Source: Camelus dromedarius (taxonomy: Eukaryota). From it: 64,000 nt of DNA. The notes under the pieces are model-generated. The model was not told the DNA's origin. It did not search any database and worked only from the letters and a program-made list of their open reading frames with translations. The stretch is from NCBI RefSeq assembly GCF_036321535.1, contig NC_087446.1, positions 48,856,001-48,920,000 of the forward strand. The letters are read 5' to 3'. Made by a program: the position numbers and the translations under genes. Below are positions 35,639 through 48,987 of the stretch, in pieces; the stretch's first letter is position 1, and every line of letters starts with the position of its first letter.

Positions 35639-38545
35639 TTGTAGGAGGCGTCTACCGAAAGCAAGAATGGAAAGCAAAAAAAGTCTTAGTCCAGCATCTG
35701 GTATCCAAAATAAAATTTCATACTAAGATTATTTTTATAGAGCAGGCTTTGGTGGGGCAGGGGGTGGGGGTGAAATTTTTCTTTATTTCCCACTTGAACA
35801 AACCAAGAGGCAAATATGGCCAAATTGGAGTTTCACATAAAGAAGGCCCTACCCACCCAGGAAGAGAAGGTGGGGGCTTGACCTCTGCAGTTCCAAGTGT
35901 TGTGGGAAGAGGAAGAGGAGGGAGGCAGGAGGGCCTGGGGTGGGGAGCACTGAGTGGATCTCTTTCCCCTGGAGGGAAGAGTGACTCTGTGGAGTCAAAG
36001 AGGGTGGGTGATGCTCAACCAAAGTAACACCATCTTTGTAGCCTGTTTAGGTAGAAGGAGGGCCAGAGGGGATGTATTCTGAGCTGGTTTTGATTTCTGT
36101 ATGCTGTGAACTGGAACCAGAATGCCCCAGAGGCCCATGGAGGGGCCACAGAATACAGCTGAGCAGAGAGCCAGTGTGGTCCTGCTGCTGGTACAGTCCC
36201 AGGGGCTGCAGGTGACCTGCTTAAACTGGCAACCAACGGGAGGAACTGGAAGCATTAGAGGGTCTTTTAGCACCTGTGAGCACAAAGCATCAGGGCAGGT
36301 GTCTGGGCCAGTGTTATAAATCAGAGACTTCAAAGCAGATGCAACCAGAATTTCCAGAGACGGGACCGGTGCTGGGCCACTGTCACCAGTTCAGAGAACG
36401 GCCCAGTGAGCAGTGAGCATGCACTGTTCTATCTGAGGGTCCCATCTAGCTCCCTCATCAGGAGGAGGCATCCCCCACGTGCCATCCGGGGGAGGAGCAG
36501 AGGGAACGAGTTAGATGTATGAGGTGCTGAACATTTTTACTCCACGAGGAAGAGACTGCACATAATTAGAGGAACTGGTTAAATTGTCCCATTGGCTGGA
36601 ATGGACTAATATTTAGGGGTTTTCCTGCTACTTTTCTAATAGGGCTCATGAGCGAAAAAGGTCAGAGCAGTAGTAGAGAACAAAGAAGCTTCATTTTCTT
36701 TGCAAAACCAGCATGCAGTGTGAATAAATGTGACCTCATTTTTTTTTTTTTATAGCCACAGCTGTGTACGCAATAGGAATTTATAAAATGGTTGTTGTTA
36801 CTATAGGACTTGATTGGATTTGGGAAATTGCGAGAAAAGGACATAGAATATGGCAAGATTTTGACCTGAATCATAGGGGGAAATGAAGGCACAAGAACAC
36901 GGACACGAGCAAGATGGGTTCGTTTAGGGTAAAGAGAGGGTGCTGAAAAAGCAAGAGGGTAGGAGCCCGGAAGAGTTAAGAGTAATGAGCAAGGACATAA
37001 ATATAAAGTACGGAATATTTGTAATGTTAAGCAGCAGAGGGTCTTCAGGATCAGGGAGCAGATTATTTATAGGAACTGGATCCTTGTGGCTGAAAGAAGG
37101 CTAATGACAGTCTTGGTGGTGAGTCACAGATTTTATTCTTCCCTGATCATTGCTGGCTCCAAAAAGTGGCCTATTCCTGAACTGACATTGAAATTTTTCT
37201 AAGTGAACAAAGGCAACGAATCTCATATGCCAGAGTCTGGAGTTGAGAAAAATAACAAATGCTCAACCAAAACTGAGGAGGTTATTCATTTTACTTTTAG
37301 AAACAAATGAGTTTCTCCTCTTTTGATTCTTCTGTTTCAGTGAAGAGTTGTTGGGGGAGGAGGCTGGGAAAATTGGAGCAAATAATGTGGTCTCTTCTCA
37401 TTCATTTTATTTTGTTTCCCCTTTCCTCCGTGTACTTTCTCAGCATTACTATTTCCTAACACTCCTGGGGAAAGGAAAACAGTCTTCTGAAAGTTCTTTC
37501 CCTTCATTGGGAGAGGTTCAAAAAGTCTAAGATCTGTCAGGGTCTGGATCGCTGGTACTCAGTGCCTTTGTTGGCACTTACTTTTGTATTTCAGTTTGAT
37601 GGGCTTCTGCTCAACTGGGCCTTTATAAGACTATTCAAGTCTAAAAAAGAAAAGTTCTAATAGAAGGTGGGAGGAGAAGAATGAATGTTACCCATTATTT
37701 GCAGACCGATTGGTTTAAGGGTATACAGGGGACACTCGGGACAAGTCCCTGCTACTGAACTTCCTGGTACCAATAGCCTGCTCCTTTCTCCCATAAAACA
37801 TATGACTGAGAAGTTCACTCTCTACTCGATGGCTTTGAGGTGTTGGGAAAGCGGGAATGAGCCCTCCAACCAGTGCTAGGCAGTGGGAGACCCGAGAGGG
37901 GTACTGAGAGTTGGAGGGGGTCCCAGAGGAAAATAGTATTGGGGGAATCCCAGTGGTCACAGAAGACCTAGTGGCTGAAGGCAGAATTAAGTCAATGGAA
38001 GGGACCGAGTGGGGAGACGCGAGGTGGGGCTGGAAGGACTAATGCAACTGTGAACATGAAGGAGAAGTTATGATGGGCAAAAAATGTAGAGTCTTAAAAA
38101 TGTGAATATTTCCTTTTAAATCACACGCTATACTTGTGTGCAATGAATACACACAAGTAGGATCTATTCAAAAAGACCTTTCACTAGATGACTGTAAGTT
38201 TAGTATCATGTTTGTTAAGTTAACGTGATAAAAGCAAAATAATTTCGGAGGCAAGCATATGTCTTAATTACAAGAGGCTTTTTCTTCTTTCTCTAATTGG
38301 CCATGCTGAGGTGAGAGACCTTAGAACAGAATATTTAACAAGCCACTGAGGATTCCACCAGACAGAATTTGTGCCAGGTGACCGTCTGCTCTTTAAATGC
38401 AGTGAAACATTTCATGGTACTAGTGTTTTAGGTGAAATTTTACCTCTGAGTCTTAGACAGAAATTAATGCTAGTAACTTCAGATCACTTGCCAGCATCTC
38501 TGTTTCTGGGTATCAACTTTTTGCCATTGAGTTGAATAATTAATA

Positions 38546-38656
38546 TTTTCTTTCTTCTTTTTTTCCCCTCCTTCCCTTCCTCCCACCCTTCCTTCCTCCC
38601 TTCCTTCCTTCCTTCCTTCCTTCCTTCCTTCCTTCCTTCCTTCCTCTCTTTCTTTC
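38546..38656. repeat. (CCTT)n / polypyrimidine tract
   Basis: About 110 bp of pyrimidines with a single A; roughly 11 perfect CCTT units at about 38599-38644. Confidence 0.95.
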
Positions 38657-38789
38657 ATCAGCAACAAACTTACAGAACAACCGGTCAACTGACTATTATT
38701 CATACATAATTGCCACATCCTGTTAGGTAATGGGCATACACAAGGAAGCCTCATAAAACAGCAAATTTTTGTTGAACAGCACACTTCCT

Positions 38790-40085
38790 ACACACTCCTC
38801 ACCCCCTTCAGTCCGGCTGCCGCCCCCATCATTCCTGAAATAGCTGCTTCTAAAGGCCACCGAGCATCCTCAGGGTCCTGAATTTAAAGGTTGCCGTTCA
38901 GCCTTCATTTTACTTGACTACTCAGCCCGATTTCACAACAGCGAATCGTTCTGTCCTTAAAACAATCTTCTTCCTTGTCTTCTGAAACAAAGCCGTTCTC
39001 CTGGCGCTTTATTCCCCGCTGCCCTTTTCAGACTCCTTTTGCTGGCTCATTTGACTCTACCCAATCTTTAAACATCGGAGTTCCTTAAGGCTTGTTTCCG
39101 GCATCGCTTCTCTTTTCTTCCTGTTCGCAGTCTCCTTGCTGCAGTGATCATCGAGGTGTCAATGACTCTCAAATTCATTTTTCCAGTTTGAATGAGTCTC
39201 TGCTGAGCCTCAGACTTGTGTATTTGCCTACTTAACATCTTCCTTCACCCGGTGGTCTCACAACGATTCCAAACACGACACATCCAAAAGCCAGCTTCTG
39301 ACTGCGCCTGCCGCCTCGGTCAGTGTGCCCTGCCATCGTGAAGTGGCACCTTTGTACACAGAAGCTCAAAAGCCAGAAACCTAGACATCATTCGTGACCA
39401 AATCCGATCCTGGCTGCTCCGCTTCGTACTGCCTTCACTCTGGGCAGAGCCATCATCACCGCTCGCTTGGACTAATGCTGTTACCTCTAAGGATCTCCCA
39501 GACGCCCACTCCTAGTTCTCTGTAATCTGCTGTTTTCATTGCTACCCAAGTGATCTTTTGAAAATACAAACTGTATCATATTAGTACCCTGCTCAAAACC
39601 CTCGAATGACTTCCCATCACTTTGAGGACAAAACCCAAATCCTCTCCTCCTGACACTCTCACCACCTTCCTACTCTTTCTGTGATACAGATACTGACCTT
39701 GTTCATGTCTTTGAATGTATCATGTTGTCTTCTCACTTTTTTGTGTACCTATCTCTCTACCTGGAATGCTTCTGCCTCTGCCCCTCACTGAAAATTCCTA
39801 CTCATCCATCAGATTTCATCTCTACTGTCATGGTCTCACGGAAACCTGATGTGGTCTACAATGTTCTATGTGCTCACAAATGCCTGTTCTTTACCATTGT
39901 AGAATTTACCAGAGTTTGCAGCTCTCTATTTATGGACTTGCTTGCTTATTATATGTCTTCCTCATCGGACTGCAAGCTCCATAGGGTCAGAGACCATTTC
40001 TGTTCTGCTCATCATTGTACACCTAACGCTAATCACAGTGTCTGGCTGGCTCATAATTGGTATCCAATAGTTACTTGTTGAACCA
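38790..40085 (+). mobile_element. L2 LINE, fossil RT through 3' end
   Basis: 38904 reads FILLDYSARFH (LILLDLSAAFD-like); 39077 reads GVP*G (GVPQG); ends with an L2 terminus (...tagttacttgttgaaccaatg). Confidence 0.85.
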
Positions 40086-41653
40086 ATGGAGAGGACCACT
40101 TTCTACTTTGGTTTCTGACTCATGCAAAAGAAAAATGAGTTAATTTTAGTATACCACAAGGCTTTCTATACATACACATTTATAAAACATGAGCTTGTTA
40201 GGGAGTGTGCCAAAATAACTACCCTGTGAAGAAAGAAGGCATTAAACCTGGAATTCAGTCTAGAATTTCCTTGGAGATAGAAGTACATTTTTTCTGGGGT
40301 CTTTGGGGGAATTGACTGTTCTTTGTAACTATTATTGTTCCTTTGCTGTGGTCCACAAGATCAATGAATGATGGAGAAGGGCAGTGATTATAGTGTGGGT
40401 GATGATGAGTTTGGGCAAAATGGGCAGTATTCAGTTTCCAGCTCCACTGACCATCACAGAAAGGTAATGGTGGGCCCCACATGTGGTTGTGGGAGACACC
40501 CGCGTGGTCTTCAGCGGTTGGCTTTGAGAAGGGATGCACTGATGCAAGCTGAGTTGTGACCACGAAGGGGAAAGGAGCAGGTGGCTGTTTACAAAGCACT
40601 TCCCAGTTATTTCTTCATCCAACCTGAAATGAAACAGAGGTGTCTACACTCCAGTCTGTGGGTCGCGTGGCTGAAAAAGTCAAAGTCCAAGGGCCAGATT
40701 CTGCAGCTGTTTCCTTTCAGTTTTTTGCCTTTGGGAAGAAACGAAAGGTAAATAAAAATGATGGTTATTCCACTGGCACCAGAGTAACTTGTATTCATTT
40801 TCAGACTGCTGCATTTGAGTTAAAGCTCTAAAGGAGGAAGGCAGGAGTGAAAATGTTATATGAAAATTATCCTTTCTGCATTTTCTGGTTATTTTAATAG
40901 CTCTCCCCAATGTGAATTTAATATTCAGAATTCTAATGCTTCTAACAGAAACTCAGTAGAGACTGGATTCCAGTATTTCCAATAGCTTTTGTGTTGCTGG
41001 TCTTGAAATTTTGTCTGTTTTCCTTTTCAAGGTAATGGATCTGTTTTTGCTCTGTTTATTTTGTTTTAGTCATGTCACGAAGAAACGCGGTACCTAAGTT
41101 AATTATTTTAATCCCAGTAAAATGATAACAACCTGTAACTGTGTGATATCCCCCTCAACTGGTCAATTTATTTAAACAGTTATGTAAACTAGACTTTTTT
41201 TGGTGATTTGTAAACATGGAAATGAATTACTCTAAAATCACACTGTCCTAGAAAAAAACCTGGAAAGAAATAAAATACAGAATTATATTCATTTCTATCC
41301 CAAATGTCTTGTCTACATTACTGTAATTTCAAAAGATTTAAAGCAGCTGTTGAGACCTACAAGAATCTATGTTAAGTTATTGTGGCCTTCCCATTTTTAC
41401 CCCTCAGGGGACAGCTTTCTTCATGAGTCTCAGATCTGGTGTAAAATCTCATAAAATTTTGCAAGAATCTCTTATGAAGTAATTGTCATCTTAAGGGAAC
41501 ATGGGTTTTCAAATTAGCAAACAAGTAAAAATCACTTGCCCTATATTTTTCTGTACTGGATTGAATAGGATCTTTCTAAAAATCATGCAACTTGATTTGG
41601 TAAAAAGGTCTTTGCAGAAATGAGTAGTCAGGTTAAGATGAGGTCATGCTGGA

Positions 41654-42002
41654 TGTTGTGGAATGTACGTTCGTGTGGCCCTGCCCGTCCCAGCCCCCAN
41701 NNNNNNNNNNNNNNNNNNNNNNNNNNNNNNNNNNNNNNNNNNNNNNNNNNNNNNNNNNNNNNNNNNNNNNNNNNNNNNNNNNNNNNNNNNNNNNNNNNNN
41801 NNNNNNNNNNNNNNNNNNNNNNNNNNNNNNNNNGCCCTTTTTCCACCTTCTTTGCTTTCTTTCAGGGAGTTGACCTTCTGCACCCAAAAACAGGGCTCTC
41901 ACTAGGACCCAATCAGCCTCCAGAACTGTGAGAAATATATTTATGTTGTCTACGCCACCTAGTTCATGGTATTTTGTCATAGCACCCTGAGCCGACTGGA
42001 AA
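41654..42002 (+). mobile_element. MaLR LTR (MLT1A-like) nested in the MLT1C-like LTR
   Basis: Starts tgttgtggaatgtacgttcgtgt and ends cctccagaactgtgagaaata...gtattttgtcatagcaccctgagccgac; 5-bp flanks ctgga (41649-41653) and ctggg (42003-42007). Confidence 0.75.
41700..41833. other. Assembly gap (134 N)
   Basis: N run inside the nested MLT1. Confidence 0.99.
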
Positions 42003-42329
42003 CTGGGTTAGAGTGGTCCCTAAATCCAATGGCTGGCATTTTTAGAAAGGAGAAAAAGATTTGGACACAGAGCCACAGACACAGGACAAAGAGGCCATGT
42101 GAAGACAGAGGCAGAGATTGGAATGCTTTGGCTACAAGCCAAGGAACCCCCAGAAGCTTGAGAGGCAAAGGAGGACCCTTCCCTAGAAACTTCAGTGGGC
42201 CACTGGACCTGTTAACACCTGGATCTCAGACTTCTAGCCTCCAGAACTGTGGGAGAATAAATGTCTTTTATTTTAAGCCACCTAACTTGCAGTAATTTAT
42301 GGCAGTCCCAGGAAACGAATACAGTTTCC

Positions 42330-43530
42330 CAAGTTTTTTCCCTATCTTCTTCCCAGTTGAATTTATTGAAAGAATTGCCTACTGCTTCTGTTTCGTCTTC
42401 ACTGCATGACGTTCACTCCTCATCCACTGCAGTCTGGGGTCTCCCCTTGTCATACCACAGAGATCACATTCACCAGGTTGACCAGTAGCCCCTTGTGGCT
42501 GTATTTTGTGGACACTTCTCAGCCTTTGCACTATTTTCTTATTCACCATTTCCTTTTACGCATTCCTCCCTGAGCTCCTGGACTGTAACCACAAAGTTTC
42601 CCTTCTGTCTTTCTGGTTTCTCTGCCTCAGTGATTGTTCAAGTTCCTCTTCTCGTTGTTTTTTGTCCCTGAAATGTAGGAATTTGTTCAGATTCTGCTCT
42701 GGAGCCTCTTCTCTGTCTAAGCACTTCGGGTAGTCTCATTCACGTGTATCTATTTGCTCCTGTTTACCCAATCTGCCTTCAGATCATGTCTCCCACCTGA
42801 GCTCCAGACTTATTATCAATGCCACAATTTAATGGGGACTTCACAAATTAAATGCATCGTGGGTCCCTCCAAATCAGTGTGTTCAGAACAGAAGTCACCT
42901 GATTATCTCTCAAACCTACTCCTCCTCTTTTGTCTGTGCCCCCAAATCATAGCAGCACCTTTCTCCCCATTATTAAAGTCAGAAATCTGGGAGACCTCCT
43001 TCATTCTCTCTTCCTCCCCCAACCCGAATCCTGTCTCTCTTTTCAACCTTACAGACAAAGCTCTAGGACTCTCTGCTGGCATTTCTCCCCCGACCTTCTG
43101 CAAGAGCGCACTAGCTGGTCTCCTCCCTCATATGCCTTGGTGTGAGCTTTGTGAAGCCTAAATTTGCTTGTGTGGCTCTCTTGCTTAGAAGCCTACAATG
43201 TCTTCCCGAACCTTGTAGGATAAAGTCCAGAATGGGCTACACCACTCAGTATCACACGTCCCTCTATGCTCAGGCCAAGCAGAAAACCCTGCTCTCAGTT
43301 CTTCACATATGTCATGCACTCTCTGGAATTGGATGAGATGTCACGCCGCAGGGAAGCCAGCGTCACCCGCCAGGGCACTCATCCCACTGCCTTGTAATTC
43401 TCTGCTTTCCCCAACAGTCCCCTGAAATTCAAGGAAGTCATCCATCTCATTTACCAATGATCTCCAGTGCCAACTACAGTGTCTGGAGTAGAAAGCCACA
43501 ACAAATATTGGCTGAGTGAATTACCCAGTC
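42330..43530 (+). mobile_element. L2 LINE, RT through 3' end
   Basis: ccactgcagtctgggg, cttctcagcctttgcact, cccacctgagctccagacttatt, gtcagaaatctgggagacctcc; terminus acaaatattggctgagtgaat. Confidence 0.8.
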
Positions 43531-43634
43531 TCCATAAATAGGGAACCAAGGCTCATAACGATGAACTCATTTGGCCAAAATTTGCTTGGCAAGCCAAGGG
43601 CAGATTTTTTTTTTAGCGTCTTTTCTGTTCTTTT

Positions 43635-43705
43635 ATTTATTTATTTATTTGGAAATCTATTTTTATTAAAAAAAGTGTTTTTTTGAGGGGGAGGTAATTA
43701 GGTAT

Positions 43706-43765
<60 letters not shown>

Positions 43766-43833
43766 ATGGAGGTATTGGGGATTGAACCCTAAGGCCAAGG
43801 ACGCACTCTACCTCTGACCTATATCCTATGCCC
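43635..43833 (-). mobile_element. Vic-1-like SINE with expanded (ATTT)n and an internally deleted head
   Basis: gagggggaggtaattagg...aaatggaggtattggggattgaaccc...gcactctacctctgacctatatcc; the anticodon-arm segment is shortened. Confidence 0.8.
43703..43763. repeat. (ATTT)15 microsatellite
   Basis: 61 bp perfect tetranucleotide run inside the SINE tail. Confidence 0.95.
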
Positions 43834-44499
43834 TGTGTCTTTTCCATTCTTATATGTTCCCTTAAAAGAGAAAGAAAACAACTTGGCATTATGTAAAATT
43901 AAGTCATAATTGTTAGAAAACATCACTTGTAATTTACAAGGGTCAAAACTGCGAACAAATGATAAAAACCAAGAACGGCCGAGTTGTAAACGCTGTATCT
44001 TGTTACCAATTTTAAACACAATTTTTTTTGTCTTTTAACCATGGCCTTGTTTCCTTTGCCTTTTCATGGGCTCATACAGTCGCTTTTGTAGCTTTGAACT
44101 TTGCTCCTTCAGCTTGTACTCAGCTGCTGGTTAGTCTCCAGGTGTCAAAAGCCACATTCTGCTCTTTGCTCACTCCGAGCACTAGCAGTGCCCTTGAGAT
44201 GCCTCCTGCACATTTTTAGCTTAATCCACCCATTTGTAAGCTCTGACTCTGCTCTGAACTCTCCCTCACCTTGAGCTGCCTTTGAAGGGGCAGGCCTGTC
44301 ATGGTTCTGAATCTGCCCCAGCTGTTCCTAATTCTTTCGTTCTTAGAGCGCTCCTGCCTCAGAGCGCTGCCTGCTTCTCAGAGAAGGGCTGGGATTACTG
44401 GGGAGAAGTGGGGGCATGAGCTCCCCTCTCCGGGATGCAAATTAGTTGTCTTCGTTTGTTGGGATTTTTTTGTTTGGTTTTGTTTTACCAAAATTAAAA

Positions 44500-47350
44500 T
44501 TTCTGACATTCGTTAAAGAAAAAATGATCAATAGAGAAAATTAGAAAAATATAATTTCACTAACCAATCACTGTTGCCATTAACATTTGGATATATTTCC
44601 TTTCAGTCTCTTTATCCACGTGTAAAACTTTAATTTTGACAAAATTGTTCTCTTCTCATGTAAATAATTTTATACTTCACATTTTCACTTAGCACTGTTG
44701 AAACCTCTCTCGCATACTTCATTGAGTGGCTATCCCAGAAAATAATCATTCTCTTCCAGTTACACACAGAAGTTGTTTCCATTGTCACTGTGAAAAATAC
44801 CAGAATGAGTGTGATATAAGCACATAGAAGAAACAAAATGACCCTGAGAAGAAGCTCTCTGCACCTAACACCTTGTCTCCTTTCAGAATTCTTTCCTTAA
44901 GATTTACATCCAGAAGTGAAATCACTGATTAAAAGGGAGTAAATAACTTCAAAGATCCTATCTCACCTTCTCAAAGTGTTTTCCAAGCAGGTACCAATAC
45001 ACAGACTGGTCAACTGCTCAACCGGGTACGTATGCGCGAGGCCATTTCATTCATCTTTGCCAGGCTGTGCTTTTACATTTCGTCCGCCCTAATTTCATGG
45101 ATCAATTACGGAACCTTTTTTTTTTTTTTTTTTGATTCCTAGAGAAGTTGAACATCTTCACAAGTGTTAGTTTATATTGTGTTTTTTTCTGTGAATTTCT
45201 TTTCATGTATTTTGATCATTTACATATTTGACACTTTGTCCTTACCTTTCTTATAGCTCATTATTTAATACAGAAATTAAATCTCATATTTGCTGCAAAT
45301 GTTCTTCCTTTGGATATTTATGTTTTGAATGTCTTATTTATAGATTAAAAATTTTATGTAATTAAATCCATTTATCTTTTTAATTTATACTTCTATTAAA
45401 GTTTAAAAAACACTTCTCACTCTTGGTCTGCTCCACTCTATCCAGACATTTAATAATATTGACTTACCTATTCTCTTGTAAGATTTTAAGTTTTAATATT
45501 TTTTACATATAACTCTAATACATATGAGATTCTATTCTAGTGTATGGAGTAAAGTGAAAACCTGAATTTTCCCCCGCAAATTTTTGACCAAATATCCCCA
45601 AAACATTTCTGGGATATTCTTTATCTAGTACATTGATTTATGATTCTTTGTTAATCATATTCTTAATTCTCCAATATATGGAGATTTATTTTTGGACAAT
45701 CTGTTATGTTTCATTGATCTGTGGCCATTTTTGTACCAGTAGTTAGTATTCAGCAAATTTAAGCTTTATAATGTGTTTAAAGTTTGGGGTAAAATTTGTA
45801 CTTACTTTATAAAGTTTGCAAAAAGCCCTCCTTTAGTGTGCAATTGAAATAAATATTTGCACTTATTGGTGATGGAGTTGCTATGTTTAGAAGATGTTCC
45901 ATTGTATTTTAAGTGGTTATTTCAGTTATATAAAAAGACCATACAATGTCATGTATTTATTTTGAATTGACCCCACTTCACAAAACATTTTACTGGGGAT
46001 TTTTCACATCTCTATTAATAAGTGCTTGGTTTATCGTTTTATTTGGTGTTTATTTTTGTTAGAGATACGCTTTTAGAAGAACATTTCCTTGGTAAAACTA
46101 GGGGAAAGCATTTCATATTTTTATGTTTTCAGAAAATATTTATATACTATAGAATTTATTTCTTCTCTGATAATTTTGAAATAATTTTATCCTTAAAACC
46201 ACCTAGACTTGGAGCCACTTGTGGAAAGTATTTCTTTGGAGGTGTTCTCAGTTTCCACCACAGTTATGACTTTATGCATCCTTTATGTTTTTCATTTTCC
46301 TCTGTGATTTCTTTTTTTTTCTCAAAAATTATATTTTAAGTTTCAAAATTCATTAAATAAATTATAGAATATTTTCATATGTTTAATGTTTTCATTGCTG
46401 TCTACTATAGATTTAAATTCTATTTATTTACTTTTTAACTTTACTCATTAGATTTGCTGATTGTTTGAAAAAACAGGGTTTGCTTATTTTGTTTACTTAT
46501 TTTGCATCTACTCATTTCAATACAGTCATTTCTGTTTTACAAACTGCCCCTTATTTCTATCTGCTCTCTTAGGATTGTTAATACCCACCGCTTCAGTTAA
46601 ATACTTATTTCATTTAGTTCTTCTTTATCTCTTTTGAGATAAAAGATTATATTTATATTTTAATTGTTGTCTAAGTCATGGTCTATTCCATTTTTTATTT
46701 CTTACTTGAATCAATAATTAATTAGTTTTGATTGGCATCTTTGTTATTCTTGGCTTGAATTTTTGTTTATAATTTTTACTTTTTCTTGTGTCATGATCAG
46801 AAAACGTGGAGGACAAATTTTCCTTCTTTGGGGAATTATAGTTGTTCAAAAATATAAGCTCAATTATAGATGTTGAAGATGATGTATTTCTTTTTTTAAC
46901 TGAGAACACTTGATACATATTTTACATCAAATTTTGGGTTAAATAGGTTTTAAACATTTTCTATATCTTTCAGTCATCTATATAGTCTCCTATTCTACCA
47001 TAAACTGACAAAGATTGAGCTGAACTTTCTACAATTTTGTTTTGTCGGTTTCTTACTGCCTTTCAAACTCGTTTGACCTGTTATTGGTGCCTTGAAGTTC
47101 TCCATTGTTATGCTTTTCTTGTACATGTTACTTCTCTAAAAAGATCTTACTTATCTCATTGGTTTTTCCCCTGCAAATACTTCCTTGCCTAGCCACACCT
47201 GCTTTTTTATATACATTTTACATATCCTCGTCTATGTTGCTAATCCTTTAACTTTTTACCTTCCTGTTTTTATATTTCTTTCACCTTGTATTTATCCTTT
47301 AATTTGCAGAGTGTGTTTTATTGACTTTCATCTTCAAAAATTTGCAAAGC
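44500..47350 (-). mobile_element. Old L1M (L1MD/L1ME-like) ORF2-3' region
   Basis: Long AT-rich tract with L1-antisense segments (ccagaagtgaaatcactgattaaaaggga; ttttggacaatctgttatgtttcattgatct; ttttgcatctactcatttc). Confidence 0.7.
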
Positions 47351-48674
47351 AGATAGCATTAGTTAATTTAGTGAACTTGTGATTCGCAGAACTATGGAAA
47401 TTGATGATGAAAATAGAAAATAACATTCAATTCAGAAAATCTTTAGTATTTAATTCATGGTCATTTATAAGTATGATGAAACTACCCACGTGGCTGGATG
47501 AGTGCTCATCACTGGGCAGTTTTCTACCCCCAGTTCACCATTCTCAAATTCCATGGCACCAGTCCCTCGAGTTTCCCCCTAACCCTCCGGCCCTTTCTTC
47601 TGTTTCCTTTGCCAGCAACTTCCCCTCTGCAGAACCTTGAAGCAAGTAGAGCTCCTTAGGGCTCAGCCTGGGGTCCTTTCCCTGTAAGAAATGACAGGTG
47701 AGCCGAGATCTGGAGAGAAGGCAAGAGCCAGCCTCATGAAGTGCGTGGCAATGATTTCATACCAGCCCTGTGGCATCCAATACCACCCATATGGAGTCAT
47801 TTCTAAACCATCTCAAGAAGTCCAAAAGGATTTCTTCCCATCTCTTTCCCCCTTGCTCTACAAAGGCAATCCATCAGCAAACTCTTTGGATTCTCCTGCA
47901 ATTACACAGCAGTCAGGAGCCTGTCTCCTCTGAGTCCACTCTGGTCCGCGTCAGCTCACTGAAGGATATGCCCCCGTACCAAACTTGTGCCGAGTAATTT
48001 ATGCATCTGCCTCATGGTTTTTTTGTGTGTGTGTTTTTGTTTTCCTGCTTATTCATCCTTCAGTAATTCTTCAGAAGAGTTATTAACTTCAGAAGAGTTA
48101 GGCTGTGCTGCTGTCTCATGTTCCCTTACTATCCACTAGATTGCCCATGACATTCATAAGTCTTTCAACATATTTATGTCATTTTCAGTTTTTTGTGTTA
48201 TTTTCTCTAATTCTGTTCAGTTTTTAATTTATTTGCTTGTTGTTCTTTATTGAATTTCTGGAGCTGTTTATATATTAAAAGAAGAAATTAACTTTTCAAA
48301 AAATTGTTACTAAACATGACTGAATTATTTCTAGTATTTGAAGCCCCTGTTAAATTGGCTATTTCTCATTTAGATATCTACCATCATGAAGAAATCTGTT
48401 TCAAAGACAGACAGCTCATTTGGGACAATGAGATTTACATTTAATTCTGGTAATACTAGCACTGTAGTTCTTTTCTGAAAAAGCCAGGTTGTGTGCAAAT
48501 AAAATCATTAGAGATGAGTAACAAAGCCATCAGTGTAGTCCTTTTATTACTTGACTCTACACAACATTATAACTTATTTAAAGAGAAATATTAAGCTTAG
48601 AAATGAAAATTTGGACTGTGGAATTCTTACCAACTGCTCCATTCTTTAGAATTGCAAGGTCAAGAAAATAACAT

Positions 48675-48987
48675 TGTGAAAAAAAGTTAATAAACAGAAA
48701 ATGTAATTAAATGGAATTGAGAGACCAGCAGGGGGAGCTCTCATGCCCTGTGACCTTGGCCGAGCCCAACAGAAAGAAGACCGCTTCTTCCCTGGCAACA
48801 ATTCAGCTAATGAAAAGCCACAGACTCCATTTATTGCAACCCTCCCAGCCTCCTTTCTCCTTCTTGCCATGTGGGAACTTGCACTAGTCTCACCATGGTT
48901 GCAGACCTCAAATTGCAATTCTCTGCTACTTTCCAATAAACCCACTTTTGCTGGAGAAATAACCGGTAGTCTATTTGTTTTAGGTCA
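48675..48987 (+). mobile_element. ERV1-class LTR
   Basis: Starts tgtgaaaa; gcagacctcaaattgcaattctctgctactttccAATAAAccc (48935-48940); ends tttgttttaggtca. Confidence 0.75.

Larger units (their letters stand above)
41583..42322 (+). mobile_element. MaLR LTR (MLT1C-like), outer element
   Basis: ggtctttgcagaaatg...ttaagatgaggtcatgctgga, then after an insert gtggtccctaaatccaatggctggc...gtgaagacagaggcagagattgga...ccagaactgtgggagaataaatg...ggaaacgaataca. Confidence 0.85.

Noticed and set aside
35751-35945. G-rich tracts with G-quadruplex potential
   Set aside because: One has only three full G-runs and the other has an 8-nt loop; nothing links them to a function.
40360-40463. Possible 104-bp exon (cacaag| ... 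aaag|gtaatg) containing the start of a 63-aa ORF
   Set aside because: All three frames have stops near the acceptor, the polypyrimidine tract is weak, and the peptide is unrecognised.
48069-48100. 14-bp direct repeat cttcagaagagtta separated by ttaa
   Set aside because: Consistent with a trivial local duplication; no inserted element or motif logic.
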